Of a stretch of 64,000 nucleotides of DNA, positions 46,159-60,100 are shown in pieces; position 1 is the stretch's first letter, and each line of letters starts with the position of its first letter. Location of the stretch: contig JAUCBJ010006872.1 in the NCBI GenBank assembly GCA_032718475.1, forward strand, positions 25,495-89,494. Direction: 5' to 3'. Made by a program: the position numbers and the translations under genes. Below the pieces are notes generated by a model, which saw only the letters and a list, made by a program, of their open reading frames with translations, had not been told where the DNA came from and did not search any database. This stretch comes from Nemertoderma westbladi. Lineage: Eukaryota > Animalia > Xenacoelomorpha.

Positions 46159-48155
46159 TAAATGAATGTAGGCCTCGGCCAAGGACAATAAAAAATATAC
46201 AATTAAGCCTACAACTCAATCAATACATTAAACTGAAAGTTTTACAGCTACCTGTAGCGGTAACAAAAAATAATTTAATAATTATTGCCAGAATCAGATT
46301 ATGCGTCATTGTTGTTTCAGTGTTTAAGCCACCCACTGCATTGTTTAGTGTTTGACCAAGCTGCCAAGTGCCAAGCCAACCCTGTGCCGTATGTGTATAT
46401 GAGTGTACTGTACATAGGCCTACCTGTACAGTGTTTCTTATTGCCTAGGCAGCTAGGCCCAGACAGCCAGAGGCCTGCTTAATTAAATGATGTAGACACC
46501 AGACGGCCAGAATACATCTACAGTACATGCCGCAATACAGCTACATGCCAAGTTTTTGCCAACTATTATGAACATTTATCTGTTTATGACGACTCTCCCG
46601 CACGTCAAGATAACCAGATAACAGCCTTTTATTTTCAGTTGACAGATACTTCTTTTAAGTAATTATTTTATTTTATTTCCATCAAACTTTTAACCCTTGA
46701 TCTGTTGATACATACCAGCATACTGACATACCTATAGTATATCTTAATTTTTCTCGAATTTTATTCATATTTTATTTCCACACCTATGATTTTTATACAT
46801 CTATGATTTTATAAATATAATTAAAGCATTCAGGCATTATTACATAAGTTTTTTTTTAATTTTTGTTTTCCCGGCTTTAAAATGCAATTGCGTAACTTGG
46901 CAGAATCTTCGAATACTGCAATGAATTTAGAAATATACTGTAAATTTCTACATTACATAATAATAGGCCTACAGATATACCAGTATACGTCATACCTGTA
47001 TGTTTTATGTTACCTGCAATCTTAATTAACTAATGCATTTTATCATGATGTTTTCATAATAGGTGCCTTATGTCAGTATGTGGACACTACAAACTGTATT
47101 ATGCATTATTTTTAAACTAGGCCTACCGGTATGTAATTTGTAATTTTTTTTCCCATGTTGGAGGAATATATTTCTTGTTACTTGGTATAACTTAATATTT
47201 ATTTTTTTTATCGAATTTTATCTTTTATTAATTAATCTATTTTTTATTTATATTTCATCGAATTTTATCTTTAATTAATTAATCTATTTTTAATTTTATT
47301 TTATTCCCGCCTTAAAACGCAACTGCGTAACTTGCCAGCCATTGCGAAAAACAAATTGTTTATAATAGGCCTACAGTAATAATCTGAATATGTATAAGTA
47401 TTTCTCTTGTGCAATGCAGACTGTATAACAGAACAGAACGTGTATATATTACATTACAGTACGCTGGTACGTACGTAAATTACTTCATATTGAAATTTAA
47501 TTTTACTGTAATTTTGTCCTAATCATGTCCAGGTGTCATGGATTATCTTTATTTCTGTCATCTGTGTTTGTATGTTTGACTTTTGAGATATATTTTTATT
47601 GATACTGGCATAATTAAACTAAACTAAACTAGCCTGCCGAAGTACTGAAGTAACGGTACCGGTAGCTGGGTGGTACTGCAGTACTGTAGTAGGCCTACCA
47701 ACCAGCCAATTTCTTCAATTTTCGATTATTCGGCCTTTACATTACAGCTGTATTGCTGGTGCCTGGCTGCCTGGGCACAGGCACAGGGTGCCTGGCAGCC
47801 TGGTTCTGTGACTGTGGTTGGTACAATACAATACCTGAATACGGTTACTGGGTTACGGTGTACGGTACAGCACAGCCGCCACTACAGCAATACTGCAATA
47901 GCTTACTCCTTACTGGCAGACTGGTACCTGGGTACTGCATTCAGTAATAATTTGTACTCGTACCGGTACCGTACTGCAGGCAGTGTAGGCTTACTACCGT
48001 GCCTTTAGACCTATTCCAGTATTCAGTACCGGTACGGTACCAGTATATATTAATAGACTTACAGTCAGACAGTTATATCATAATCAGTACTTCTGTAGGA
48101 CTGTCAGACTGTACTGACAGATGAATGTAAAGGACTGATGACTAAACTCTGAAGG

Positions 48156-48237
48156 ATGTCGGATGACAGAGGAGCAGGAGGTGAAGAGAAGGCTAGGCCT
48201 ATTGGAGGGGCATCAGGAGGTGGGAGTGCTGGAAGAG
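48156..48237 (+). CDS. PURA: Pur-alpha, probable first coding exon (Gly-rich N-terminus)
   Basis: ATG, MSDDRGAGGEEKARPIGGASGGGSAGR, GTTAGT donor, phase 1 matching the next exon. Confidence 0.75.
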
Positions 48238-49270
48238 GTTAGTTTGCCATATGAACCGCCATGTATACCATACTTCAAATCTTGAAGTACGTAGCTTTAG
48301 AGTTGAATCAACGAGACTACAGTAGGATAGGATGGATTATGCCAAGAATATTTTGTATAGTTAATACAAACTTTAACAAGATCATTGACATTAATGCACT
48401 GATATAACTGTATAAGGCTGTAAGGTGGCATGGTAACCTGTTATCATTTTGTAGTTTAAATAAATAAATCAAACATTACGGTACCTTAATTTAATTTACT
48501 AATTCAGTAATAAACTATACCCTACTTATCGATACTGAACTGACTTAATACTGTAATAAATATATATTAGTCTGTTAGTATAAGTAAGTAAATATAAGTG
48601 CTTTTACGTACCGGTATTAATTAATTATTTGTGGTGCAACTTTTACTTTCACTTTCAGTTTCTTTTACCTGTGCATTTAGCTTAAGTACTAATTGCAGAA
48701 TTACCCTAACGATTGTGGACCCCCTGTAAGCGCACACGACAGCCTAGATTTTCCCTCTATATTATGTGTGTATCTGTATTTTACTTAATCTTTGGAATAT
48801 TTATTTTAAATTATATTTTTAACAGCAATTAAAGGGAATCATTCATTAATTCATCTGATCCAAGGTCGTATCATGATCTGGAATTATTTATTCACCGTCT
48901 TTTTGGCATAATGCCTTGAAACAGGAGGCAGGGGGATTCTGGTATTTCTCATTCTTGCATAATTTTGCACACAGAATTCCACAATTACTTTACAATTCGG
49001 AATTAATTCAATATAGGTACAGTTATATACAAGTAGTGCAGCTGTATGGTATATATTGTTTCATACATTCCTTAGTTGATAATTGAACTTATTGATAGTT
49101 TAACTTCTAAGTTTTAACAACCCTCAAATTTACCTAAAAAATATAAAATTATTTGCCTGCCTATATAGAATCAATGTTCACAGTTGTTATTGTTTAAAAT
49201 TTATGTATTCGGTATATGTAATAATATAGGCCTATTAATTATACATTATTGTCACTAATTTCTGCTTTAG

Positions 49271-49380
49271 GTGCTTCGGGTGTCCAAGAATTGGCAACCA
49301 GAATGCTGACCATTCAGAGTAAGCGATTCTACCTCGATGTGAAACAGAATCAGAGAGGACGCTTCCTCAAACTAGCCGAG
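49271..49380 (+). CDS. PURA: Pur-alpha exon 2 (PUR repeat I)
   Basis: [32 protein letters not shown]; TTTAG acceptor, GTGGGT donor. Confidence 0.96.
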
Positions 49381-50254
49381 GTGGGTGACATGAGAACTTA
49401 TTAAAAGTTTTAATTCGGAAAGTTCGCTACAAATTTTACACTATTTTTGAAAGCTATTTTTACAGTAAGTAAACAATATTTCTTTTTGACATTGAAATAA
49501 TTTAATCAGACGCCGATTGTTTTTAATTCTTACATATGTGAACCTTCTCCAACCGGACACTGGTAATTTAGACAATTTTGTCTAAACATCATCCCTGGAC
49601 TGGGTCGTTAGTGTTATTTAAAAAATTGTTGCTACGTATCGGCTCTTCTCATGGTAACCGCGAATTCGCCCAAGTTCAGCGTTTAATAAGGTGTGAACTC
49701 CCCGATCCTTGCACGGATTACTACCGGTACCGGTACCAACCTCCATCCTGCCATCAGGATTTATTATTATTCATTTATTTCGTACATTTAACATACCGTT
49801 TATTATATAGTACAACACGGTAATGGGTGTACCAGTAACTGTATCACAAAGGTAACACTATTAATATAACATATTTATATATATTACATTTCTGTAGTAT
49901 AATTTATATTTCTTAACATAAATTTCTTAAACTAATTAAAGATTTTAGTAGAATGGGCTATGAGGAATCTCAATGTAACGAAAACATTATCGAATGTGTG
50001 CTTCTACCCGGTATCAAGTAAACAATTCCACCGGGCCGACCTATTGAACTCTCCCTGCGTTAGAACATAGTACCGGTACCGGTATCTCGAAATCCAAATC
50101 CAATGATCTCAATAAGGACAAACAGGGGCAGGGGGGTGATTACTGAACACTAGACGTCTCGCCACGCGGACCAAAAATCCTGACTGATTCCTCAAAACCT
50201 AAGGCTCCTATTCATTTACCCCATCAGAAACAGAGCGGTTGTTGTTTATCGTAG

Positions 50255-50357
50255 GTTGGTGCATCTGGAATAAAGAGTCGTGTTACCTTGGCAATGTCGA
50301 GTGCCGGGGAATTACGGGATAACCTAACGGAGTTCGCTGAATTCTACGCCCAATTAG
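50255..50357 (+). CDS. PURA: Pur-alpha exon 3
   Basis: VGASGIKSRVTLAMSSAGELRDNLTEFAEFYAQLG; phase 0 to 1; GTTAGT donor. Confidence 0.95.
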
Positions 50358-50423
50358 GTTAGTTTATATCCCAGTTAGGTTAGTTTATATCCTAGTTAGG
50401 TGAGTTTATATCCTAGTTAGGTT
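50354..50423 (+). repeat. 21-bp tandem duplication of the exon 3 donor
   Basis: TTAGGTTAGTTTATATCC(C/T)AG x3 plus a partial copy. Confidence 0.85.
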
Positions 50424-50489
50424 ATTCGTGTAAATGTTTTCACATATGCCATTATTTCACACATTAGTCATTAATTAAGTGAGTTAATT

Positions 50490-50840
50490 GTGTCAAGTAC
50501 AATGCACACATCTCCAATCAGACTGTATATAACATTGGAGGTGTTCCATTAGTCTCACCTAGCTTGACACTTGAAAAGAACCGCCTCCGCTTTGCAGGAC
50601 ATTGCGTTTGCCGTGAGGACCAGCCAGTTCATAATCTTGTACTTTTGGCGGCCTCATGGAGTGAATAAGCATGGTGGGCAGCCCTTGGCTTTCTTGAGAC
50701 GCATCTTGAAGGACACTGGCCTTGGAGATGCAGATGATCTAGCAAATGTCATGGGTGATGGCAGTTGTGGCGGCGCAATTTTGTCGACAAGCCGGCACAG
50801 CATTTTTAATATATGTAATATCGATCATAGTAGTAGTAGG
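50490..50840 (+). mobile_element. RTE-like LINE 3' fragment in Pur-alpha intron 3
   Basis: Matches 6232-6590, including the (TAG)n tail. Confidence 0.9.
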
Positions 50841-51043
50841 TAGCAATTAAGTGATACCTGTGACTGTGAAAACTGTGACTATGAGCGTGACCTCATGCTC
50901 ACATGTAATACTTTGTGCTTGGTAAAGGTCGCAAAACCGCGGTTTTCGTTTGTTTTGTTGCGTGCTGTACCACAAATCGTCGTAATAAATCTAATTTATC
51001 CAAAGAAACGGTTGCGGTTTACCATTATCGTTCTTATTTTTAG

Positions 51044-51159
51044 GACCGAGCCAAGAATCTGAACACGAAGACGGAAAGTTAAAGACCGAAACGATATTCA
51101 AAGATAACAGAAGATATTACCTCGATCTAAAGGAGAATAACAGAGGTCGATTCCTTAGG
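51044..51159 (+). CDS. PURA: Pur-alpha exon 4 (start of PUR repeat II); remainder of the gene is outside the window
   Basis: [39 protein letters not shown]; TTTTAG acceptor, GTTAGT donor at 51160. Confidence 0.95.
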
Positions 51160-54100
51160 GTTAGTAGATAACAGAAGATATTAACTCGATCTAAAGGAGA
51201 ATAACAGAGGTCGCTTCCTTAGGGTTAGTAGATAACAGAAGATATTAACTCGATCTAAAGGAGAATAACAGAGGTCGATTCCTTAGGGTTAGTAGATAAC
51301 AGAAGATATTAACTCGATCTAAAGGAGAATAACAGAGGTCGATTCCTTAGGGTTAGTAGATAACAGAAGATATTAACTCGATCTAAAGAGAATAACAGAG
51401 GTCGCTTCCTTAGGGTTAGTAGATAACAGAAGATATTAACTCGATCTAAAGGAGAATAACAGAGGTCGATTCCTTAGGGTTAGTAGATAACAGAAGATAT
51501 TAACTCGATCTAAAGAGAATAACAGAGGTCGCTTCCTTAGGGTTAGTAGATAACAGAAGATATTAACTCGATCTAAAGGAGAATAACAGAGGTCGCTTCC
51601 TTAGGGTTAGTAGATAACAGAAGATATTAACTCGATCTAAAGGAGAATAACAGAGGTCGATTCCTTAGGGTTAGTAGATAACAGAAGATATTAACTCGAT
51701 CTAAAGAGAATAACAGAGGTCGCTTCCTTAGGGTTAGTAGATAACAGAAGATATTAACTCGATCTAAAGAGAATAACAGAGGTCGCTTCCTTAGGGTTAG
51801 TAGATAACAGAAGATATTAACTCGATCTAAAGAGAATAACAGAGGTCGCTTCCTTAGGGTTAGTAGATAACAGAAGATATTAACTCGATCTAAAGGAGAA
51901 TAACAGAGGTCGATTCCTTAGGGTTAGTATAACAGAAGATATTAACTCGATCTAAAGGAGAATAACAGAGGTCGATTCCTTAGGGTTAGTAGATAACAGA
52001 AGATATTAACTCGATCTAAAGGAGAATAACAGAGGTCGATTCCTTAGTGTTAGTAGATAACAGAAGATATTAACTCGATCTAAAGGAGAATAACAGAGGT
52101 CGCTTCCTTAGGGTTAGTAGATAACAGAAGATATTAACTCGATCTAAAGGAGAATAACAGAGGTCGATTCCTTAGGGTTAGTAGATAACAGAAGATATTA
52201 ACTCGATCTAAAGGAGAATAACAGAGGTCGATTCCTTAGTGTTAGTAGATAACAGAAGATATTAACTCGATCTAAAGGAGAATAACAGAGGTCGCTTCCT
52301 TAGGGTTAGTAGATAACAGAAGATATTAACTCGATCTAAAGGAGAATAACAGAGGTCGATTCCTTAGGGTTAGTAGATAACAGAAGATATTAACTCGATC
52401 TAAAGGAGAATAACAGAGGTCGCTTCCTTAGGGTTAGTAGATAACAGAAGATATTAACTCGATCTAAAGAGAATAACAGAGGTCGATTCCTTAGGGTTAG
52501 TAGATAACAGAAGATATTAACTCGATCTAAAGGAGAATAACAGAGGTCGATTCCTTAGGGTTAGTAGATAACAGAAGATATTAACTCGATCTAAAGGAGA
52601 ATAACAGAGGTCGATTCCTTAGTGTTAGTAGATAACAGAAGATATTAACTCGATCTAAAGGAGAATAACAGAGGTCGATTCCTTAGGGTTAGTAGATAAC
52701 AGAAGATATTAACTCAAAGGAGAATAACAGAGGTCGATTCCTTAGGGTTAGTAGATAACAGAAGATATTAACTCGATCTAAAGGAGAATAACAGAGGTCG
52801 ATTCCTTAGGGTTAGTAGATAACAGAAGATATTAACTCGATCTAAAGAGAATAACAGAGGTCGATTCCTTAGGGTTAGTAGATAACAGAAGATATTAACT
52901 CGATCTAAAGGAGAATAACAGAGGTCGATTCCTTAGGGTTAGTAGATAACAGAAGATATTAACTCGATCTAAAGAGAATAACAGAGGTCGATTCCTTAGG
53001 GTTAGTAGATAACAGAAGATATTAACTCGATCTAAAGAGAATAACAGAGGTCGATTCCTTAGGGTTAGTAGATAACAGAAGATATTAACTCGATCTAAAG
53101 GAGAATAACAGAGGTCGATTCCTTAGGGTTAGTAGATAACAGAAGATATTAACTCGATCTAAAGGAGAATAACAGAGGTCGATTCCTTAGGGTTAGTAGA
53201 TAACAGAAGGTATTAACTCGATCTAAAGAGAATAACAGAGGTCGCTTCCTTAGGGTTAGTAGATAACAGAAGATATTAACTCGATCTAAAGGAGAATAAC
53301 AGAGGTCGCTTCCTTAGGGTTAGTAGATAACAGAAGATATTAACTCGATCTAAAGAGAATAACAGAGGTCGCTTCCTTAGGGTTAGTAGATAACAAAAGA
53401 TATTAACTCGATCTAAAGGAGAATAACAGAGGTCGCTTCCTTAGGGTTAGTAGATAACAGAAGATATTAACTCGATCTAAAGAGAATAACAGAGGTCGCT
53501 TCCTTAGGGTTAGTAGATAACAGAAGATATTAACTCGATCTAAAGAGAATAACAGAGGTCGCTTCCTTAGGGTTAGTAGATAACAGAAGATATTAACTCG
53601 ATCTAAAGGAGAATAACAGAGGTCGCTTCCTTAGGGTTAGTAGATAACAGAAGATATTAACTCGATCTAAAGGAGAATAACAGAGGTCGCTTCCTTAGGG
53701 TTAGTAGATAACAGAAGATATTAACTCGATCTAAAGGAGAATAACAGAGGTCGATTCCTTAGGGTTAGTAGATAACAGAAGATATTAACTCGATCTAAAG
53801 AGAATAACAGAGGTCGCTTCCTTAGGGTTAGTAGATAACAGAAGATATTAACTCGATCTAAAGGAGAATAACAGAGGTCGCTTCCTTAGGGTTAGTAGAT
53901 AACAGAAGATATTAACTCGATCTAAAGGAGAATAACAGAGGTCGATTCCTTAGGGTTAGTAGATAACAGAAGATATTAACTCGATCTAAAGGAGAATAAC
54001 AGAGGTCGCTTCCTTAGGGTTAGTAGATAACAGAAGATATTAACTCGATCTAAAGGAGAATAACAGAGGTCGATTCCTTAGGGTTAGTAGATAACAGAAG

Positions 54101-57100
54101 ATATTAACTCGATCTAAAGGAGAATAACAGAGGTCGATTCCTTAGGGTTAGTAGATAACAGAAGATATTAACTCGATCTAAAGGAGAATAACAGAGGTCG
54201 ATTCCTTAGGGTTAGTAGATAACAGAAGATATTAACTCGATCTAAAGGAGAATAACAGAGGTCGATTCCTTAGGGTTAGTAGATAACAGAAGATATTAAC
54301 TCGATCTAAAGGAGAATAACAGAGGTCGATTCCTTAGGGTTAGTAGATAACAGAAGATATTAACTCGATCTAAAGGAGAATAACAGAGGTCGATTCCTTA
54401 GGGTTAGTAGATAACAGAAGATATTAACTCGATCTAAAGGAGAATAACAGAGGTCGATTCCTTAGGGTTAGTAGATAACAGAAGATATTAACTCGATCTA
54501 AAGGAGAATAACAGAGGTCGATTCCTTAGGGTTAGTAGATAACAGAAGATATTAACTCGATCTAAAGGAGAATAACAGAGGTCGATTCCTTAGGGTTAGT
54601 AGATAACAGAAGATATTAACTCGATCTAAAGGAGAATAACAGAGGTCGATTCCTTAGGGTTAGTAGATAACAGAAGATATTAACTCGATCTAAAGGAGAA
54701 TAACAGAGGTCGCTTCCTTAGGGTTAGTAGATAACAGAAGATATTAACTCGATCTAAAGGAGAATAACAGAGGTCGCTTCCTTAGGGTTAGTAGATAACA
54801 GAAGATATTAACTCGATCTAAAGGAGAATAACAGAGGTCGATTCCTTAGGGTTAGTAGATAACAGAAGATATTAACTCGATCTAAAGGAGAATAACAGAG
54901 GTCGATTCCTTAGGGTTAGTAGATAACAGAAGATATTAACTCGATCTAAAGGAGAATAACAGAGGTCGATTCCTTAGGGTTAGTAGATAACAGAAGATAT
55001 TAACTCGATCTAAAGGAGAATAACAGAGGTCGCTTCCTTAGGGTTAGTAGATAACAGAAGATATTAACTCGATCTAAAGGAGAATAACAGAGGTCGCTTC
55101 CTTAGGGTTAGTAGATAACAGAAGATATTAACTCGATCTAAAGGAGAATAACAGAGGTCGATTCCTTAGGGTTAGTAGATAACAGAAGATATTAACTCGA
55201 TCTAAAGGAGAATAACAGAGGTCGCTTCCTTAGGGTTAGTAGATAACAGAAGATATTAACTCGATCTAAAGGAGAATAACAGAGGTCGATTCCTTAGGGT
55301 TAGTAGATAACAGAAGATATTAACTCGATCTAAAGGAGAATAACAGAGGTCGATTCCTTAGGGTTAGTAGATAACAGAAGATATTAACTCGATCTAAAGG
55401 AGAATAACAGAGGTCGATTCCTTAGGGTTAGTAGATAACAGAAGATATTAACTCGATCTAAAGGAGAATAACAGAGGTCGCTTCCTTAGGGTTAGTAGAT
55501 AACAGAAGATATTAACTCGATCTAAAGGAGAATAACAGAGGTCGATTCCTTAGGGTTAGTAGATAACAGAAGATATTAACTCGATCTAAAGGAGAATAAC
55601 AGAGGTCGCTTCCTTAGGGTTAGTAGATAACAGAAGATATTAACTCGATCTAAAGGAGAATAACAGAGGTCGATTCCTTAGGGTTAGTAGATAACAGAAG
55701 ATATTAACTCGATCTAAAGGAGAATAACAGAGGTCGATTCCTTAGGGTTAGTAGATAACAGAAGATATTAACTCGATCTAAAGGAGAATAACAGAGGTCG
55801 CTTCCTTAGGGTTAGTAGATAACAGAAGATATTAACTCGATCTAAAGGAGAATAACAGAGGTCGATTCCTTAGGGTTAGTAGATAACAGAAGATATTAAC
55901 TCGATCTAAAGGAGAATAACAGAGGTCGATTCCTTAGGGTTAGTAGATAACAGAAGATATTAACTCGATCTAAAGGAGAATAACAGAGGTCGATTCCTTA
56001 GGGTTAGTAGATAACAGAAGATATTAACTCGATCTAAAGGAGAATAACAGAGGTCGATTCCTTAGGGTTAGTAGATAACAGAAGATATTAACTCGATCTA
56101 AAGGAGAATAACAGAGGTCGATTCCTTAGGGTTAGTAGATAACAGAAGATATTAACTCGATCTAAAGGAGAATAACAGAGGTCGCTTCCTTAGGGTTAGT
56201 AGATAACAGAAGATATTAACTCGATCTAAAGGAGAATAACAGAGGTCGATTCCTTAGGGTTAGTAGATAACAGAAGATATTAACTCGATCTAAAGGAGAA
56301 TAACAGAGGTCGATTCCTTAGGGTTAGTAGATAACAGAAGATATTAACTCGATCTAAAGGAGAATAACAGAGGTCGATTCCTTAGGGTTAGTAGATAACA
56401 GAAGATATTAACTCGATCTAAAGGAGAATAACAGAGGTCGCTTCCTTAGGGTTAGTAGATAACAGAAGATATTAACTCGATCTAAAGGAGAATAACAGAG
56501 GTCGATTCCTTAGGGTTAGTAGATAACAGAAGATATTAACTCGATCTAAAGGAGAATAACAGAGGTCGATTCCTTAGGGTTAGTAGATAACAGAAGATAT
56601 TAACTCGATCTAAAGGAGAATAACAGAGGTCGATTCCTTAGGGTTAGTAGATAACAGAAGATATTAACTCGATCTAAAGGAGAATAACAGAGGTCGCTTC
56701 CTTAGGGTTAGTAGATAACAGAAGATATTAACTCGATCTAAAGGAGAATAACAGAGGTCGATTCCTTAGGGTTAGTAGATAACAGAAGATATTAACTCGA
56801 TCTAAAGGAGAATAACAGAGGTCGATTCCTTAGGGTTAGTAGATAACAGAAGATATTAACTCGATCTAAAGGAGAATAACAGAGGTCGATTCCTTAGGGT
56901 TAGTAGATAACAGAAGATATTAACTCGATCTAAAGGAGAATAACAGAGGTCGCTTCCTTAGGGTTAGTAGATAACAGAAGATATTAACTCGATCTAAAGG
57001 AGAATAACAGAGGTCGATTCCTTAGGGTTAGTAGATAACAGAAGATATTAACTCGATCTAAAGGAGAATAACAGAGGTCGCTTCCTTAGGGTTAGTAGAT

Positions 57101-60100
57101 AACAGAAGATATTAACTCGATCTAAAGGAGAATAACAGAGGTCGATTCCTTAGGGTTAGTAGATAACAGAAGATATTAACTCGATCTAAAGGAGAATAAC
57201 AGAGGTCGATTCCTTAGGGTTAGTAGATAACAGAAGATATTAACTCGATCTAAAGGAGAATAACAGAGGTCGATTCCTTAGGGTTAGTAGATAACAGAAG
57301 ATATTAACTCGATCTAAAGGAGAATAACAGAGGTCGCTTCCTTAGGGTTAGTAGATAACAGAAGATATTAACTCGATCTAAAGGAGAATAACAGAGGTCG
57401 ATTCCTTAGGGTTAGTAGATAACAGAAGATATTAACTCGATCTAAAGGAGAATAACAGAGGTCGATTCCTTAGGGTTAGTAGATAACAGAAGATATTAAC
57501 TCGATCTAAAGGAGAATAACAGAGGTCGATTCCTTAGGGTTAGTAGATAACAGAAGATATTAACTCGATCTAAAGGAGAATAACAGAGGTCGCTTCCTTA
57601 GGGTTAGTAGATAACAGAAGATATTAACTCGATCTAAAGGAGAATAACAGAGGTCGATTCCTTAGGGTTAGTAGATAACAGAAGATATTAACTCGATCTA
57701 AAGGAGAATAACAGAGGTCGATTCCTTAGGGTTAGTAGATAACAGAAGATATTAACTCGATCTAAAGGAGAATAACAGAGGTCGCTTCCTTAGGGTTAGT
57801 AGATAACAGAAGATATTAACTCGATCTAAAGGAGAATAACAGAGGTCGATTCCTTAGGGTTAGTAGATAACAGAAGATATTAACTCGATCTAAAGGAGAA
57901 TAACAGAGGTCGCTTCCTTAGGGTTAGTAGATAACAGAAGATATTAACTCGATCTAAAGGAGAATAACAGAGGTCGATTCCTTAGGGTTAGTAGATAACA
58001 GAAGATATTAACTCGATCTAAAGGAGAATAACAGAGGTCGATTCCTTAGGGTTAGTAGATAACAGAAGATATTAACTCGATCTAAAGGAGAATAACAGAG
58101 GTCGATTCCTTAGGGTTAGTAGATAACAGAAGATATTAACTCGATCTAAAGGAGAATAACAGAGGTCGATTCCTTAGGGTTAGTAGATAACAGAAGATAT
58201 TAACTCGATCTAAAGGAGAATAACAGAGGTCGATTCCTTAGGGTTAGTAGATAACAGAAGATATTAACTCGATCTAAAGGAGAATAACAGAGGTCGCTTC
58301 CTTAGGGTTAGTAGATAACAGAAGATATTAACTCGATCTAAAGGAGAATAACAGAGGTCGATTCCTTAGGGTTAGTAGATAACAGAAGATATTAACTCGA
58401 TCTAAAGGAGAATAACAGAGGTCGATTCCTTAGGGTTAGTAGATAACAGAAGATATTAACTCGATCTAAAGGAGAATAACAGAGGTCGATTCCTTAGGGT
58501 TAGTAGATAACAGAAGATATTAACTCGATCTAAAGGAGAATAACAGAGGTCGATTCCTTAGGGTTAGTAGATAACAGAAGATATTAACTCGATCTAAAGG
58601 AGAATAACAGAGGTCGATTCCTTAGGGTTAGTAGATAACAGAAGATATTAACTCGATCTAAAGGAGAATAACAGAGGTCGATTCCTTAGGGTTAGTAGAT
58701 AACAGAAGATATTAACTCGATCTAAAGGAGAATAACAGAGGTCGATTCCTTAGGGTTAGTAGATAACAGAAGATATTAACTCGATCTAAAGGAGAATAAC
58801 AGAGGTCGATTCCTTAGGGTTAGTAGATAACAGAAGATATTAACTCGATCTAAAGGAGAATAACAGAGGTCGATTCCTTAGGGTTAGTAGATAACAGAAG
58901 ATATTAACTCGATCTAAAGGAGAATAACAGAGGTCGATTCCTTAGGGTTAGTAGATAACAGAAGATATTAACTCGATCTAAAGGAGAATAACAGAGGTCG
59001 ATTCCTTAGGGTTAGTAGATAACAGAAGATATTAACTCGATCTAAAGGAGAATAACAGAGGTCGATTCCTTAGGGTTAGTAGATAACAGAAGATATTAAC
59101 TCGATCTAAAGGAGAATAACAGAGGTCGATTCCTTAGGGTTAGTAGATAACAGAAGATATTAACTCGATCTAAAGGAGAATAACAGAGGTCGATTCCTTA
59201 GGGTTAGTAGATAACAGAAGATATTAACTCGATCTAAAGGAGAATAACAGAGGTCGATTCCTTAGGGTTAGTAGATAACAGAAGATATTAACTCGATCTA
59301 AAGGAGAATAACAGAGGTCGATTCCTTAGGGTTAGTAGATAACAGAAGATATTAACTCGATCTAAAGGAGAATAACAGAGGTCGATTCCTTAGGGTTAGT
59401 AGATAACAGAAGATATTAACTCGATCTAAAGGAGAATAACAGAGGTCGATTCCTTAGGGTTAGTAGATAACAGAAGATATTAACTCGATCTAAAGGAGAA
59501 TAACAGAGGTCGATTCCTTAGGGTTAGTAGATAACAGAAGATATTAACTCGATCTAAAGGAGAATAACAGAGGTCGATTCCTTAGGGTTAGTAGATAACA
59601 GAAGATATTAACTCGATCTAAAGGAGAATAACAGAGGTCGATTCCTTAGGGTTAGTAGATAACAGAAGATATTAACTCGATCTAAAGGAGAATAACAGAG
59701 GTCGATTCCTTAGGGTTAGTAGATAACAGAAGATATTAACTCGATCTAAAGGAGAATAACAGAGGTCGATTCCTTAGGGTTAGTAGATAACAGAAGATAT
59801 TAACTCGATCTAAAGGAGAATAACAGAGGTCGATTCCTTAGGGTTAGTAGATAACAGAAGATATTAACTCGATCTAAAGGAGAATAACAGAGGTCGATTC
59901 CTTAGGGTTAGTAGATAACAGAAGATATTAACTCGATCTAAAGGAGAATAACAGAGGTCGATTCCTTAGGGTTAGTAGATAACAGAAGATATTAACTCGA
60001 TCTAAAGGAGAATAACAGAGGTCGATTCCTTAGGGTTAGTAGATAACAGAAGATATTAACTCGATCTAAAGGAGAATAACAGAGGTCGATTCCTTAGGGT

